From NCBI GenBank assembly GCA_963763775.1, contig CAVXPZ010000004.1, forward strand, positions 512,001 to 576,000: DNA of 64,000 bases, read 5' to 3'. The position numbers and the translations under genes were made by a program. The DNA comes from an uncultured Chloroflexia bacterium (GTDB lineage: Bacteria > Chloroflexota > Limnocylindria > Limnocylindrales > CSP1-4). The number at the start of each line of letters is the position of its first letter. Position 1 is the stretch's first letter. Positions 21,287 to 30,828 of this stretch are shown here, in pieces. The notes below the pieces were generated by a model, which was not told the origin of the DNA, did not search any database, and was given only the letters and a program-made list of their open reading frames with translations.

Positions 21287-22166
21287 CGCGATGGGTCCGT
21301 TCGGTGTCGGTGGCGGGGGCCTGGTCGACGGTGGGGATCGCCTCGACGAGGAGGTCGTCCCGGCGGAGGCAGCGGTCGCGTTCGCCGCCCTCCGCGTAGA
21401 GGATCCGGAGGGTCGCCCGCCGCCCCGGCGGGCCGTATCGATTGCGGGCGACCAGCGCCTCCGTCCGCTGGCCGACGATGTCGCGTCCGAGCCGGATCCA
21501 CGATCGCCGCGCGAGCTCGAGCCGGAGTCCGCTCGACTCGGCGACCGCGCTGGCCATGGGGCCGGCGAGCCCGGGCGGCTCGAGGACGACGAACAGCGAC
21601 TCCGCTCGACGGGCGAGCGCGGCCAATCGGCCGAGCCGGTCCGCGACCTTGTTCGGCCGGTCCGTCTTCGCGAGACGCCCGCCCGGCAGGTCGAGCAGGA
21701 GCAGGTCCACGGACCGGCCGGCCAGCAGGCTCCCGGCGATGGCCAGTCCCTCGTCGAGGGTCTCGGGCGTGATGACCACGAGCCACTCGAGGCGGACCCC
21801 GCGCGCGACGGCCTCGACCGGGTCGAACGTCCGGGCCAGGTCCAGCCAGGCCACCACCGAGCCGGCCACCTGCGCCTCGGCCACGAGCCGGAGCGCCAGG
21901 GTGGTCCGTCCGCTCGAGCCGTCGCCACGGATGGCGACGCTGGCGGATCGCGGCAGGCCTCCTGGTCCCAGGATGGCATCGAGGCTCGCGAACCCGGTGG
22001 GGATGACCCGGTCGTCGGGGCGGGCGGCGGGCCGTGGTCCCCCGTCGGGAAGCGGCTCGTCCGCAGGCGCCAGCGCCATCGACCCGATGACCCGCGGAGC
22101 TGCGGCACCCCACCGGGCCTGGAGGCCCGCGACAGCGGCGTCCACATCACCACGAGCGGTCGTCAT
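21057..22166 (-). CDS. imuA: ImuA-like RecA-fold protein
   Basis: IPTGFASLDAILGPGGLPR; degenerate Walker A GDGSSGRTT; LexA box upstream; precedes imuB. Confidence 0.8.
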   Translation of the reverse strand: MTTARGDVDAAVAGLQARWGAAAPRVIGSMALAPADEPLPDGGPRPAARPDDRVIPTGFASLDAILGPGGLPRSASVAIRGDGSSGRTTLALRLVAEAQVAGSVVAWLDLARTFDPVEAVARGVRLEWLVVITPETLDEGLAIAGSLLAGRSVDLLLLDLPGGRLAKTDRPNKVADRLGRLAALARRAESLFVVLEPPGLAGPMASAVAESSGLRLELARRSWIRLGRDIVGQRTEALVARNRYGPPGRRATLRILYAEGGERDRCLRRDDLLVEAIPTVDQAPATDTERTHRDATAAPLPTASPPRAGGGPRLRALPDGAARPGRPAVGSGDGHRREPRRPVARRPAGDPAGERASAGTGGGLRRSGS

Positions 22167-22179
22167 CGGACGGCCATAG

Positions 22180-22195
22180 TAGAACATCTGTTCTA
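22180..22195 (-). promoter_or_regulatory. LexA (SOS) box at the imuA promoter
   Basis: TAGAACatctGTTCTA, adjacent to minus-strand -10 TACTAT. Confidence 0.88.
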
Positions 22196-22223
22196 CTCGG
22201 ACAAGACCCGAAACGTGGCCGGG

Positions 22224-23823
22224 CTACTCCACCGTCGAGCCGGTGAACGTGATCGAGCCGACCCAGGAAGAAGATGCCCGGGTAGGTCTTGAAGCCGTCG
22301 CCGGTGTTGTCCCGCAGGACCGAGCCGACGATCTCCACCGAACCCGACCGGTCGTTGCTCACGAAGAAGATCGCGCTCCCGCCCTCGTGGTTCGAGGTGT
22401 TGCCCTCGATGCGGGTCCCCTCCACGTGCAGGAGCATCTCGTTGCCGTCGTTGTAGATGGCGCCGCCGTTGCCGCCGCCGGGCGTGCCGGCCTTCGCCGG
22501 GTTCGCGCCCGAGCCGATCGCCTTGTTGCCCGTGAACAGGCTGTCGAGGATCGACCACGACACGCCGATGCTCGAGATGGCGCCGCCGTTCGAGCACTCG
22601 TTGCGCCGGTCCCCGGACCCGCCGAACGTGCTGCGCACCACGTAGACCGGGAGGCCGTGGTACTGCGAGAAGACCTGGATCGCGGCGCCGCCGACGTCCG
22701 GCCCGGTCGGGGCGCAGCGGTTGCCGTAGAACTGGCTGTCGATCACGCGGAGCCGCCCGCCGCGGACGAAGATCGCGCCGCCGCCGTCCATCGTGTCGGA
22801 GCCGGACGACTTGCCGTTGCGCGAAGACGAGGCGCTGGACGGTCAGCACGGGATGGTCCTGGTCCTGGCAATGACTCGTCGTCCAGTGCTGGGCCTGGTC
22901 GCACGTGTTCTGGTACAGGATCCGGCGGGCGCCCTGCCCGTCGAGCGTGACGAGGCCGCCGCCGTCGAGCACGACGTCGGGCTGGTCGTTGAAGACCTTG
23001 GCGGTCACGGTCATCGGGATCGTCGACCGGGTCCGGGCCGCAGTCGAACGTGATGACCCCGCCCTTCGCGACCGCGGCGGCGACCGCCGCGCCGGTGCAG
23101 CTGGCCGGGGTGCCCGTCCCGACCACGTGGTCGGGACTCGTCGTGTCCACCAGCTGCGCTTCGGCCGGGATCGTCGCGCCGCCGCCGGGGTTGCCCGGCG
23201 TCGGGGGTGGCGGCGTGACGGTGGTGCCGCGCCATGACCCTGGCGAGGAACGCGGCGGTCTCGGCCCGGGTGATCTTGCGGTCCGGGCAGAAGCTTGGCG
23301 GCGCCGCAGGTGACCGCCAGCCCGGCCGTCGCGAGTCGGTCGATGGCCGACGCGAACGATGGTGCTCTTCGGGACGTCCTTGAAGTGCGGGCCGCCGGTC
23401 GCCGTCAGGTGCAGCGCCTTGACGAGGTAGGAGGCCATGCTCGCTCGCGTGACCTTCGTGCCCGGGCAGAAGCGCGTGGTCGAGCAGCCCTTCATGATCC
23501 CGGCCGCCACGACCATCTGCACGGCCTTCTTCTGCGAGCTCGAAACGTCGTGGAAGTGGGTCGTGACCGTCACCTTGAGGCGCAGCGCGCGGGCCAGGTA
23601 CACCGCCATGCTGCCCTTCGTGACGACCGTCTTGGGACAGAAGTGGTGGGTCGTGCAGCCGGGCATGACGCCGGCCGCGGCGACGGCCTCGATCGCCTTC
23701 TCGTAGGTCGACCCGTTGTCGTCGGTGAAGCGGCCGGCGGCCGCGACCGTCCCCGGCGCGACGATCGCGAGCACCGACGAACACGAGGACGAGGGCGGAT
23801 CCGATCCGGCGCGGACGTGGCAT
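22224..23823 (-). CDS. Secreted S-layer-homology (SLH) protein with C-terminal beta-helix-like domain (several frameshifts)
   Basis: Three SLH repeats (FTDDNGS...AGVMPGC...FCP...TRASMASYL), then VVGTGTPASCT and GGAI repeats. Confidence 0.7.
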
Positions 23824-23995
23824 CCGCCAACGCTACCCAAGGCCCGGCTGTCGGCGGCAAGCACCATCGGTACCGGTGCGCACCGGCCATTCGAGCCCCG
23901 GCCGCTCCGCCGAGCACGCAGCCGGTGCGGGCGCGGGGCGGGCGTATGATCGCCCGAGCCAAAGCCGCGTCGCGACTCGAAGGACGCTCGTGACC

Positions 23996-24361
23996 ATGAA
24001 CCAGGATCCACCGCCCGAGCGCGGCATCTGGGAGGGCCTGCCGACACCGCAGCGGTCCTCCACGGTCCCGCGATGGGCCGTCCCGGCCCTCGTCATCGGC
24101 GTCGCGTGTTCTCTTGCCGTCGCGTGGATCTCCGCCGACTACTTCGCGGGTCTGACTCGCGGCGATCCTCCGTCGCTCGCGATGGCCTACATGCTGGAAG
24201 AGCTCCCGTTCCTGCTCCTCGGCGTGCCACTGATGTTGGCCGGTGCGATGGGCGTCGCGAGACCTTGGACGGCCCGACGGACGTGGTTGCAGTTCCCCAT
24301 CATCATGGCCGTGATCGGCTGGATGCTCATCGTGATCCAGGGGCCGGATCTACTCGTCTAG
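23996..24361 (+). CDS. Hypothetical membrane protein
   Basis: Three hydrophobic segments; TATGAT upstream. Confidence 0.55.
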   Translation: MNQDPPPERGIWEGLPTPQRSSTVPRWAVPALVIGVACSLAVAWISADYFAGLTRGDPPSLAMAYMLEELPFLLLGVPLMLAGAMGVARPWTARRTWLQFPIIMAVIGWMLIVIQGPDLLV

Positions 24362-24421
24362 GGCGACGTCACTCGATCGACACGTTCGGGGCCGTAGCGT
24401 CGCTCCCCTACCATGCTGCCG

Positions 24422-25166
24422 ATGCCGAGCCCGTCCGACCCGCCGCTCCCCGAGCGCCCGATCCTCGTCGTCGACGACGACGCGAAGATCGTCCGCCTGG
24501 TCCGCACCTACCTCGAACGAGAGGGGTTCTCGGTCGTGACCGCGGCGGACGGCCCGGGGGCGCTCGACCAGATCGAGACCCAACGGCCGGCCCTCGTCGT
24601 GCTCGACCTGATGCTCCCCGAACTGGACGGGCGAGCCGTCATCCGGGCCGTCCGCCGCGACGAGGAGGCGTCCCACACGCCGATCATCGTGCTCTCGGCG
24701 CGCGGCTCGACGATCGACCGCATCGCCGGGCTCGAGGACGGGGCCGACGACTATCTGCCGAAACCGTTCTCCCCGGCCGAGCTCGTGCTCCGCGTGAAGT
24801 CCATCCTCCGGCGCGCCGCACTGCCGGTGACCGCGGGCCAGACGCGACCGCTGATCGTCCATGGCGATCTGACCCTCGACCGCGACCGGCACGAGGTCGC
24901 CCGCGATGGTCGCCCGATCGCCCTGACGCACGTGGAGTTCCGGCTGCTCGAGGCGATCCTCGTGGCGGACGGGCGGGTGCTGAGCCGGGACCAGCTGCTT
25001 GATGCGGTCTACGGCGCCGACCAGGACGAGATCATGGACCGGACCATCGACGTCCACATCCGGCGTCTCCGCGACAAGCTCGACGACGATCCCGAGGCGC
25101 CGCGGTACGTCGCCACCGTCCGGGGCGTCGGATACCGGGCGGCCCGCGTCGAGCCGGCCTGCCTGA
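24422..25166 (+). CDS. OmpR-family response regulator
   Basis: ILVVDDD, LDLMLP, GADDYLPKPF, RTIDVHIRRLR, TVRGVGY; its stop is probably obscured by an indel. Confidence 0.9.
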
Positions 25167-26228
25167 TGGGTCGCGGCATCGCCGTCCGCATCGCGCTCGC
25201 GGCGCTCGCCTCGGCGGCCGTGGGCCTGGTCATCCTCGCGGTCGGCGTCGCGGTCGTCGGGGCCGACGTCTTCACGGCCCTCATGGTCAAGGCGGGCGAC
25301 GACGCCACGCACGCCCGGGCGATGTACGACGAGTCGGTCACGGTCGTCCTCATCGCCGCCGTCGCGCTCGCGGCGCTCGCGAGCATCGTGCTTGCCGTCG
25401 TCCTGGCCCGGATGCTGGCGCGGCCGCTCGCCGACGTCGGGGTCGCGGCGCGACGCGTGGCCGAAGGCGACTACGCGGCGCGCGTCCCGCGCGACGGGCC
25501 CGAGGAGATCGCGTCGCTCGCCGACTCGTTCAACCAGATGGCGGCGAGCCTCCAACGCCAGGAGACCATGCGGCGCGACTTCATCGCGAACGCCGCGCAC
25601 GAGCTCCGGACGCCGCTCACGAACCTCCAGGGCTACCTGGAGGCGCTCCGCGACGGCGTGATCGTCGCGGACCGGGCGACGTACGAGTCGCTCTGGGACG
25701 AGGCCGAGCGCCTCGTGCGGCTGTCACGGTCGCTCGATGCGCTGGCCGAAGGCGATGCCGCCGACGGCCCTCCGGAACTCGTCGACCTCGACCTCGCGGC
25801 GGCGATCCGCGCCGCGCTCGACCTCGCCCTGCCGAGCCTCGAGCGTGCCGGGCTGACGGTCGTCACGGAGATCCCCGAGCATCTCGCCCGCCCGCGCCAA
25901 CCCGGACCAGGTCGCCCAGGTCCTCGCCAACCTCTTCTCGAATGCGGCGCGCTACACGCCGACCGGCGGCTCGGTCACGGTGCGGGCCGAGCGCCGCCCC
26001 GCGGACCTTCTGGTCTCGGTCGTGAACACCGGGGAGGGCATCCCGCCGGAGGACATCGACCGCGTCTTCGAACGCTTCTATCGCGTCGAGAAATCACGCG
26101 ACCGCGAACGTGGCGGCGCCGGCATCGGTCTCGCGGTCGTCAAGCAGCTCGTCGAGGCGGCCGGCGGTCGCGTCGGCGCCGAGTCGGGCGAGGGCCGGAC
26201 ACGCTTCTGGTTCAGCCTCCCGACGTGA
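25166..26228 (+). CDS. HAMP sensor histidine kinase (BaeS-like; frameshift near 25890)
   Basis: Two TMs, HAMP, AAHELRTPL, QVLANLFSNA, VFERFYRV, GAGIGLAVV. Confidence 0.88.
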
Positions 26229-26240
26229 CGTCGGTCCCCG

Positions 26241-27134
26241 TCAGGAGGGGAGGCCGATGAAGATCATCCCGAGGCAGATCCCGGCCAGACCGAACCACTG
26301 GACCCGTTTGAGGCGCTCGCCGAGGAACGCGACCGCGACGACGATCGTCACCGCCGGCCCGAAGGACGCGGCGAGTCCGACCATCCACGTCGGGGCGGAC
26401 TCCAGGCCGATCGCGAAGGAGATGAGACCGACGACGTCCAGGACACCGGCGAGCACGATGGTGCCGCCGATACGCCCGGATGACCACCCCGGCCCGCCCG
26501 ACGGCGGCAGCCCACGCCGGCTCATCGTGAGGGCCAGATAGGCCACCGCGGCGATCGAGATCGCGGCATTCACGCTGCGCGCCACTGTATAGACCTGGAT
26601 CCACGACATGGTCTCGAGGGCGATGTCCGTCGCCATCGTCATGAGCGCGAACAGGATCAGGGCGGCGATCGAGAAGATGACCCCGGGACCGGCGAACCGG
26701 GTCGAGCGCCAGCCGCCCTCGAAGGCGACGCCGGTCAGGACCACGCCGACCGTCGCGACCGTGGCACCGAGCGCCTGGAGCGGCGTGAGGGTCTCGCCCC
26801 GGAAGACCACCGAGAGCACGACGGTCAGGCCGCCGAACGCGGCCACGACCCCGCTCACGACCGCGATCGGGCCGATCTGGAGACCGGTGAAGTAGGCGAG
26901 GTAAGCCCCTGCCCCGATGAGGCCGAGCAGGGCGGCCATCGCGAGCTGGCCCGGGTCGGTCGGCAGCGCCGCGCCGGTCACGAGGAACAAGCCGATGAAG
27001 AGCACGGCCGTGACGAGCTGCATCCCGGCGGTCACCCGGAGGCTGCCGATCACCCGGCTCGTGAGCGCCGTGACGATGTCGAGGGTGCCCCAAGCGAGGG
27101 CGGCGCCAAGGCCGGTGAGGAGTCCGAAGGGCAT
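26241..27134 (-). CDS. EamA/DMT family transporter
   Basis: About 10 TMs; VVFRGETL and AVAFLGERL duplicated EamA motifs. Confidence 0.85.
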   Translation of the reverse strand: MPFGLLTGLGAALAWGTLDIVTALTSRVIGSLRVTAGMQLVTAVLFIGLFLVTGAALPTDPGQLAMAALLGLIGAGAYLAYFTGLQIGPIAVVSGVVAAFGGLTVVLSVVFRGETLTPLQALGATVATVGVVLTGVAFEGGWRSTRFAGPGVIFSIAALILFALMTMATDIALETMSWIQVYTVARSVNAAISIAAVAYLALTMSRRGLPPSGGPGWSSGRIGGTIVLAGVLDVVGLISFAIGLESAPTWMVGLAASFGPAVTIVVAVAFLGERLKRVQWFGLAGICLGMIFIGLPS

Positions 27135-27287
27135 CGGCGCAGCCTAGCGGCCCACCCGTCGATGCGCGCCGGCATCCTGCCCGACGGGACTGGCGAGCCG
27201 CGTCGGCGGCTCTCGGCGGGGTCGGGTCCTGAAGGTCGAAGTGCTACACTCTGCCACCGGTCAGGCGCCTCGCGCCGACCTTCCCGT

Positions 27288-27363
27288 GGGGATGTAGCTC
27301 AGCTGGAAGAGCACCGCGTTCGCATCGCGGGGGTCAGGGGTTCGAGTCCCCTCATCTCCACCA
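27288..27363 (+). tRNA. tRNA-Ala(CGC)
   Basis: Cloverleaf GGGGATG...CATCTCCACCA; anticodon loop TT-CGC-AT; G3:U70 pair. Confidence 0.95.
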
Positions 27364-27478
27364 TCCCCACTCGGCCACACCGCTGGCCTGCGTGTCCTCC
27401 TCGTCCGATCATCGAGACGTGATCGTCGATGCAGACCGGATTTGGTCGCAGCTAAGCGACCGTCGGCACGATGCGGGC

Positions 27479-28216
27479 ATGAAGAGCTCGAAGGATCATC
27501 ACGCCATCACATCGGCCAAGGCGGAACGCCGGGCTCGACGCGCCGCGCGTGAGCACGACGGCCATCGGCGATCGTGGCAGGCATACCCGCTCGGTGGCCC
27601 GGTCGACCCGCTGGTGGTCCGGCGGACCATCGACGCGTTCAGCGCGATCGACCTCGCTGCGCCGTGGTCCGACCTGTCGCCGATGGTGCTGCCGCTGCTC
27701 AAGCGCGTTCGACACCCGTTCCCCGCGACGATGGCGCCGATCCACCTCCGGGTGCCGCCGGGGGTGTGGGCGGGGTTCGGCATCGATGTCGGGCCCGCCT
27801 GGGCACATGTCTCACGGGAGCTCATCGACGGATGGGGCGTGGACCAGGCCACCTTGCTTGGCACGGCCCTGGCCAACCTGCGGCGACGGGCGATGGAGGA
27901 GCCCCCACAGGTCGAGCGGGCGACGTTCGGCGACGTTCGCGCGACCGTGATCCAGGCGCAAGGGTGGGGATCCGCGTTGATCCTCGCGCCAGACAGGCTC
28001 GCCGAGATCCTTGGCGCGCGCCCGAGGATCCTCCTGACTCCGGTGCGCAACGCCCTGATCGCCCTGCCGGAGGAGGTCGATGTCGACCTGGCCGTCGCGA
28101 TCTGGGAGGCGTTCGCCGACGAGAGCGGCGACGAGCTGGATGTCGACCCCCTCCGCTGGACGGGTTCGAGCGTCGTGCAATTCGACGAGGGCCGGGTGCC
28201 GTCGCCGGTGCACTAG
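27479..28216 (+). CDS. Hypothetical protein (weakly DUF1444/YtpQ-like)
   Basis: GFGIDVGPAWAHVSRELIDGWGVDQATLLGTALANL pattern; start uncertain. Confidence 0.55.
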   Translation: MKSSKDHHAITSAKAERRARRAAREHDGHRRSWQAYPLGGPVDPLVVRRTIDAFSAIDLAAPWSDLSPMVLPLLKRVRHPFPATMAPIHLRVPPGVWAGFGIDVGPAWAHVSRELIDGWGVDQATLLGTALANLRRRAMEEPPQVERATFGDVRATVIQAQGWGSALILAPDRLAEILGARPRILLTPVRNALIALPEEVDVDLAVAIWEAFADESGDELDVDPLRWTGSSVVQFDEGRVPSPVH

Positions 28217-28995
28217 TCCTCGAGGGCGCCGTGCAACTCGAACGAGTGGTCGTGGAGCCAGCGACGCCAGACCGCGTGGTCGGGCCGATGCTCCGCGACG
28301 ATGTCCCAGAACCGCGGGCCGTGTCCGAAGATCCGAAGGTGGGCGAGCTCGTGGATCACGACCGTCTCGAGCGCCTCGGGCGGCGCGAGGATGAGCCGCC
28401 ACGAGAACGAAAGCCGGCCCTTCGGCGACGCGCTTCCCCACCGCGACCGCTGGTCGCGGACGGAGATCGACGTCGGGCTCACGCCCAGGGCCGGGGCATG
28501 CCGGGCGATGTCGCGCTCGATCGCCGCGGTCGCCTTCGGCCGCAGCCAGGCCTCGAGGACCTGCCCGGTGGACCGTCGGTCCCGAGCCGCGTGCTGGACG
28601 ATGAGCTCGTCCTCGGTGACGCCAAGGACACGCTCGACAGAAGATCGACGCGCCGTCGGCGGCGCGGCCGCGAGATGCAGCCGGTGGAGGTCGCCGCGGA
28701 ACCGGATCGTGGCGCCATCGCGCAGTCCGCCCTGGGCCGCGAGGTCGGCGCGGGCACGCGCCTGCTGGGCGAGATGCCGCCGGAGCCACGGCTCCCGGTC
28801 CATCAGGAAGGCGCGGACGTGCCCCTCGGGGTCCGACCAGCCGCGCCGACCCGTCATCGGGATCGTGACGACCACACCGCGATCCGGGTGGATCACGACG
28901 CGGAGGGTCCGCGCCCGCGAGGAGCGGCGGAGCGTGTACGCCAGCGGGCCGTCGCGCAGCTGGACGACCGCCGGGGTCTCGATCGTGCCCGTCAC
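28213..28995 (-). CDS. YgjP/DUF45 family metallo-hydrolase
   Basis: RRSSRARTL, RDQRSRWGSAS, VVIHELAH...HGPRFW. Confidence 0.88.
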   Translation of the reverse strand: MTGTIETPAVVQLRDGPLAYTLRRSSRARTLRVVIHPDRGVVVTIPMTGRRGWSDPEGHVRAFLMDREPWLRRHLAQQARARADLAAQGGLRDGATIRFRGDLHRLHLAAAPPTARRSSVERVLGVTEDELIVQHAARDRRSTGQVLEAWLRPKATAAIERDIARHAPALGVSPTSISVRDQRSRWGSASPKGRLSFSWRLILAPPEALETVVIHELAHLRIFGHGPRFWDIVAEHRPDHAVWRRWLHDHSFELHGALED

Positions 28996-30611
28996 GCGTC
29001 GCGGCGCAGCAGTCGCCCGGGTCGCTCGCCGGTCTCGACGCCGCCGAGGACGGCGGCGTGGCCATTGACGATGACGTGGTCGATGCCGAGTGGGTGGCGC
29101 GCAGGCGACAGGTACGTCGCGACGTCGGCCACCGTCATCGGATCGAAGACGACCAGATCCGCCACGGCGCCGTCACGGATGACCCCGCGGTCGCGAAGGC
29201 CGAGCCGGGCCGCCGGCACGGACGTCATCTTGGCGACCGCCGTCTCGAGCGACAGCACGCCTCGATCGCGGACGTACGAGCCGAGGACTCGGGCGGTGCT
29301 CCCGTAGGTGCGCGGATGCGGGCGCCCGGCGTCCAGGACGGCGTGCCCCGGCCGGCGGCCCTCCGCGTCGGTGCAGACCGCGATCCAGGGGACGGCCATG
29401 ATGGCCTCGACGTCCGGCTCGTCCATGCAATCGATGACCACCGAGACGTCGAGCCGGTCGTCGATCAGGGCGTCCAGTGCGAGGTCCACGGGGTCCGCGT
29501 CGAGGTCACGGCCGAGGTCGCCGAGCGATCGCCCCGCCCAGTCCGCATGACTGCCCGCATGGGCGATCCGGATCCCGTCCCAGCCCGGGTCGGAGGCGAC
29601 GTTCTCCCAGCCCGAGCTCCCGCGCTCCATCTCGAGGCGGACGCGGAACCGGACCTCGTGATCGCCGAGGGCCGCGACGCACTCCTCCACGCCAAGACCG
29701 AGGAGGGCCGGCGGGAGGATCGTCGCGAGCGTCGTGTTCGCCGCGGTGTACGGGTATTGATCCGCGGCGACGTCGAGACCGTCCGCTCGGGCCCGCCCCA
29801 GGACGTCGACCGCCTCGGCCGCTCGCCCCCAGACGGCGGTCGAGCCGCACTTGAGGTGCGAGACCTGGAGCCGCGCGCCGTCGCCGGCGGCCCGGGCCGT
29901 GGTCAGGGCCTCGTCGAGCGCCTCGAAGAGGCCGGCCGCCTCGTTGCGCATGTGCGTCGCGTAGAGGCCGCCATGACGGGTCGCGGCGGCCGCGAGCGTG
30001 GCCACCTCGTCGGGTCCGGCATGCATCCCCGGGGCGTAGATCAGCCCGCTCGAGAGCCCGATCGCCCCGGCGTCCATCGCCGCATCGACCTCGCGGACCA
30101 TCGCCGCGAGCTCGGCCGGGCTCGGCGGTCTCGCCTCCGCGCCGAGGATGGCGCCGCGAACGGTCCCGTGCCCCACGAGGAACGCCACGTTCGGTCCGAG
30201 CGCCTCGCGCTCGACCTCGTCGAGGTACTCCGCGAACGACGTCCAGCGCGCCGTCAGGCCGTTCGGGCGCAGGGACAGCGAGACGAGGTCCCGGCCGACC
30301 GCGGTGATCGGCGCGAGCGTGTCACCGCAATTCCCGGAGAGCTGGGTCGTGAACCCCTGGCGCAGGTGGCTCGCGAGGGCGCCGTCGAGGAACAGCGAGC
30401 CGTCGGAGTGGCCGTGCGGGTCGATGAACCCGGGCGAGACGACCCGGTCCGTGGCGTCGATGACGAGCCCGACCTCGTCAGCGCTCACCACCCCGAGATC
30501 GCCGACGGCAAGGATCCGATCCCCGAGCACCCCGACATCGGCACGCCGAGCGGGGGCCCCCGTGCCATCGATGACGGTCCCGCCCCGAAGGAGCAGGTCG
30601 AAGCCGGTCAC
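28992..30611 (-). CDS. N-acyl-D-amino-acid deacylase family amidohydrolase
   Basis: PGFIDPHGHSD, GNCG, YATHMRNE, HPRTYGS, ADLVVFDP. Confidence 0.88.
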   Translation of the reverse strand: MTGFDLLLRGGTVIDGTGAPARRADVGVLGDRILAVGDLGVVSADEVGLVIDATDRVVSPGFIDPHGHSDGSLFLDGALASHLRQGFTTQLSGNCGDTLAPITAVGRDLVSLSLRPNGLTARWTSFAEYLDEVEREALGPNVAFLVGHGTVRGAILGAEARPPSPAELAAMVREVDAAMDAGAIGLSSGLIYAPGMHAGPDEVATLAAAATRHGGLYATHMRNEAAGLFEALDEALTTARAAGDGARLQVSHLKCGSTAVWGRAAEAVDVLGRARADGLDVAADQYPYTAANTTLATILPPALLGLGVEECVAALGDHEVRFRVRLEMERGSSGWENVASDPGWDGIRIAHAGSHADWAGRSLGDLGRDLDADPVDLALDALIDDRLDVSVVIDCMDEPDVEAIMAVPWIAVCTDAEGRRPGHAVLDAGRPHPRTYGSTARVLGSYVRDRGVLSLETAVAKMTSVPAARLGLRDRGVIRDGAVADLVVFDPMTVADVATYLSPARHPLGIDHVIVNGHAAVLGGVETGERPGRLLRRDA

Positions 30612-30685
30612 CCGCAGATGATGCCACCTCGCACCGGCCGACACGGCGGGTCGCCTCATCGCCTCTGGTAAACTCCGCGTTCCGT

Positions 30686-30761
30686 GGGGCCATAGCTCAG
30701 CTGGAAGAGCGTCTGCATGGCATGCAGAAGGTCCGGGGTTCGAGTCCCCGTGGCTCCACCA
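30686..30761 (+). tRNA. tRNA-Ala(GGC)
   Basis: Cloverleaf GGGGCCA...TGGCTCCACCA; anticodon GGC; G3:U70 pair. Confidence 0.95.
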
Positions 30762-30828
30762 TGAGTGACCGCCGACCGTCACCCCTCGCCAGCGGCGGGG
30801 GGTGATGCGCATCCGAGGCAGCAGGATC

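Noticed and set aside
24413-26260. Apparent response regulator-histidine kinase fusion (615 aa ORF)
   Set aside because: The junction GAGCCGGCCTGCCTGATG contains the usual TGATG stop/start overlap out of frame, and one indel restores two genes. The window has many such errors.
30762-30828. T-box leader before leuS
   Set aside because: Only 67 bp are available and there is no T-box consensus.
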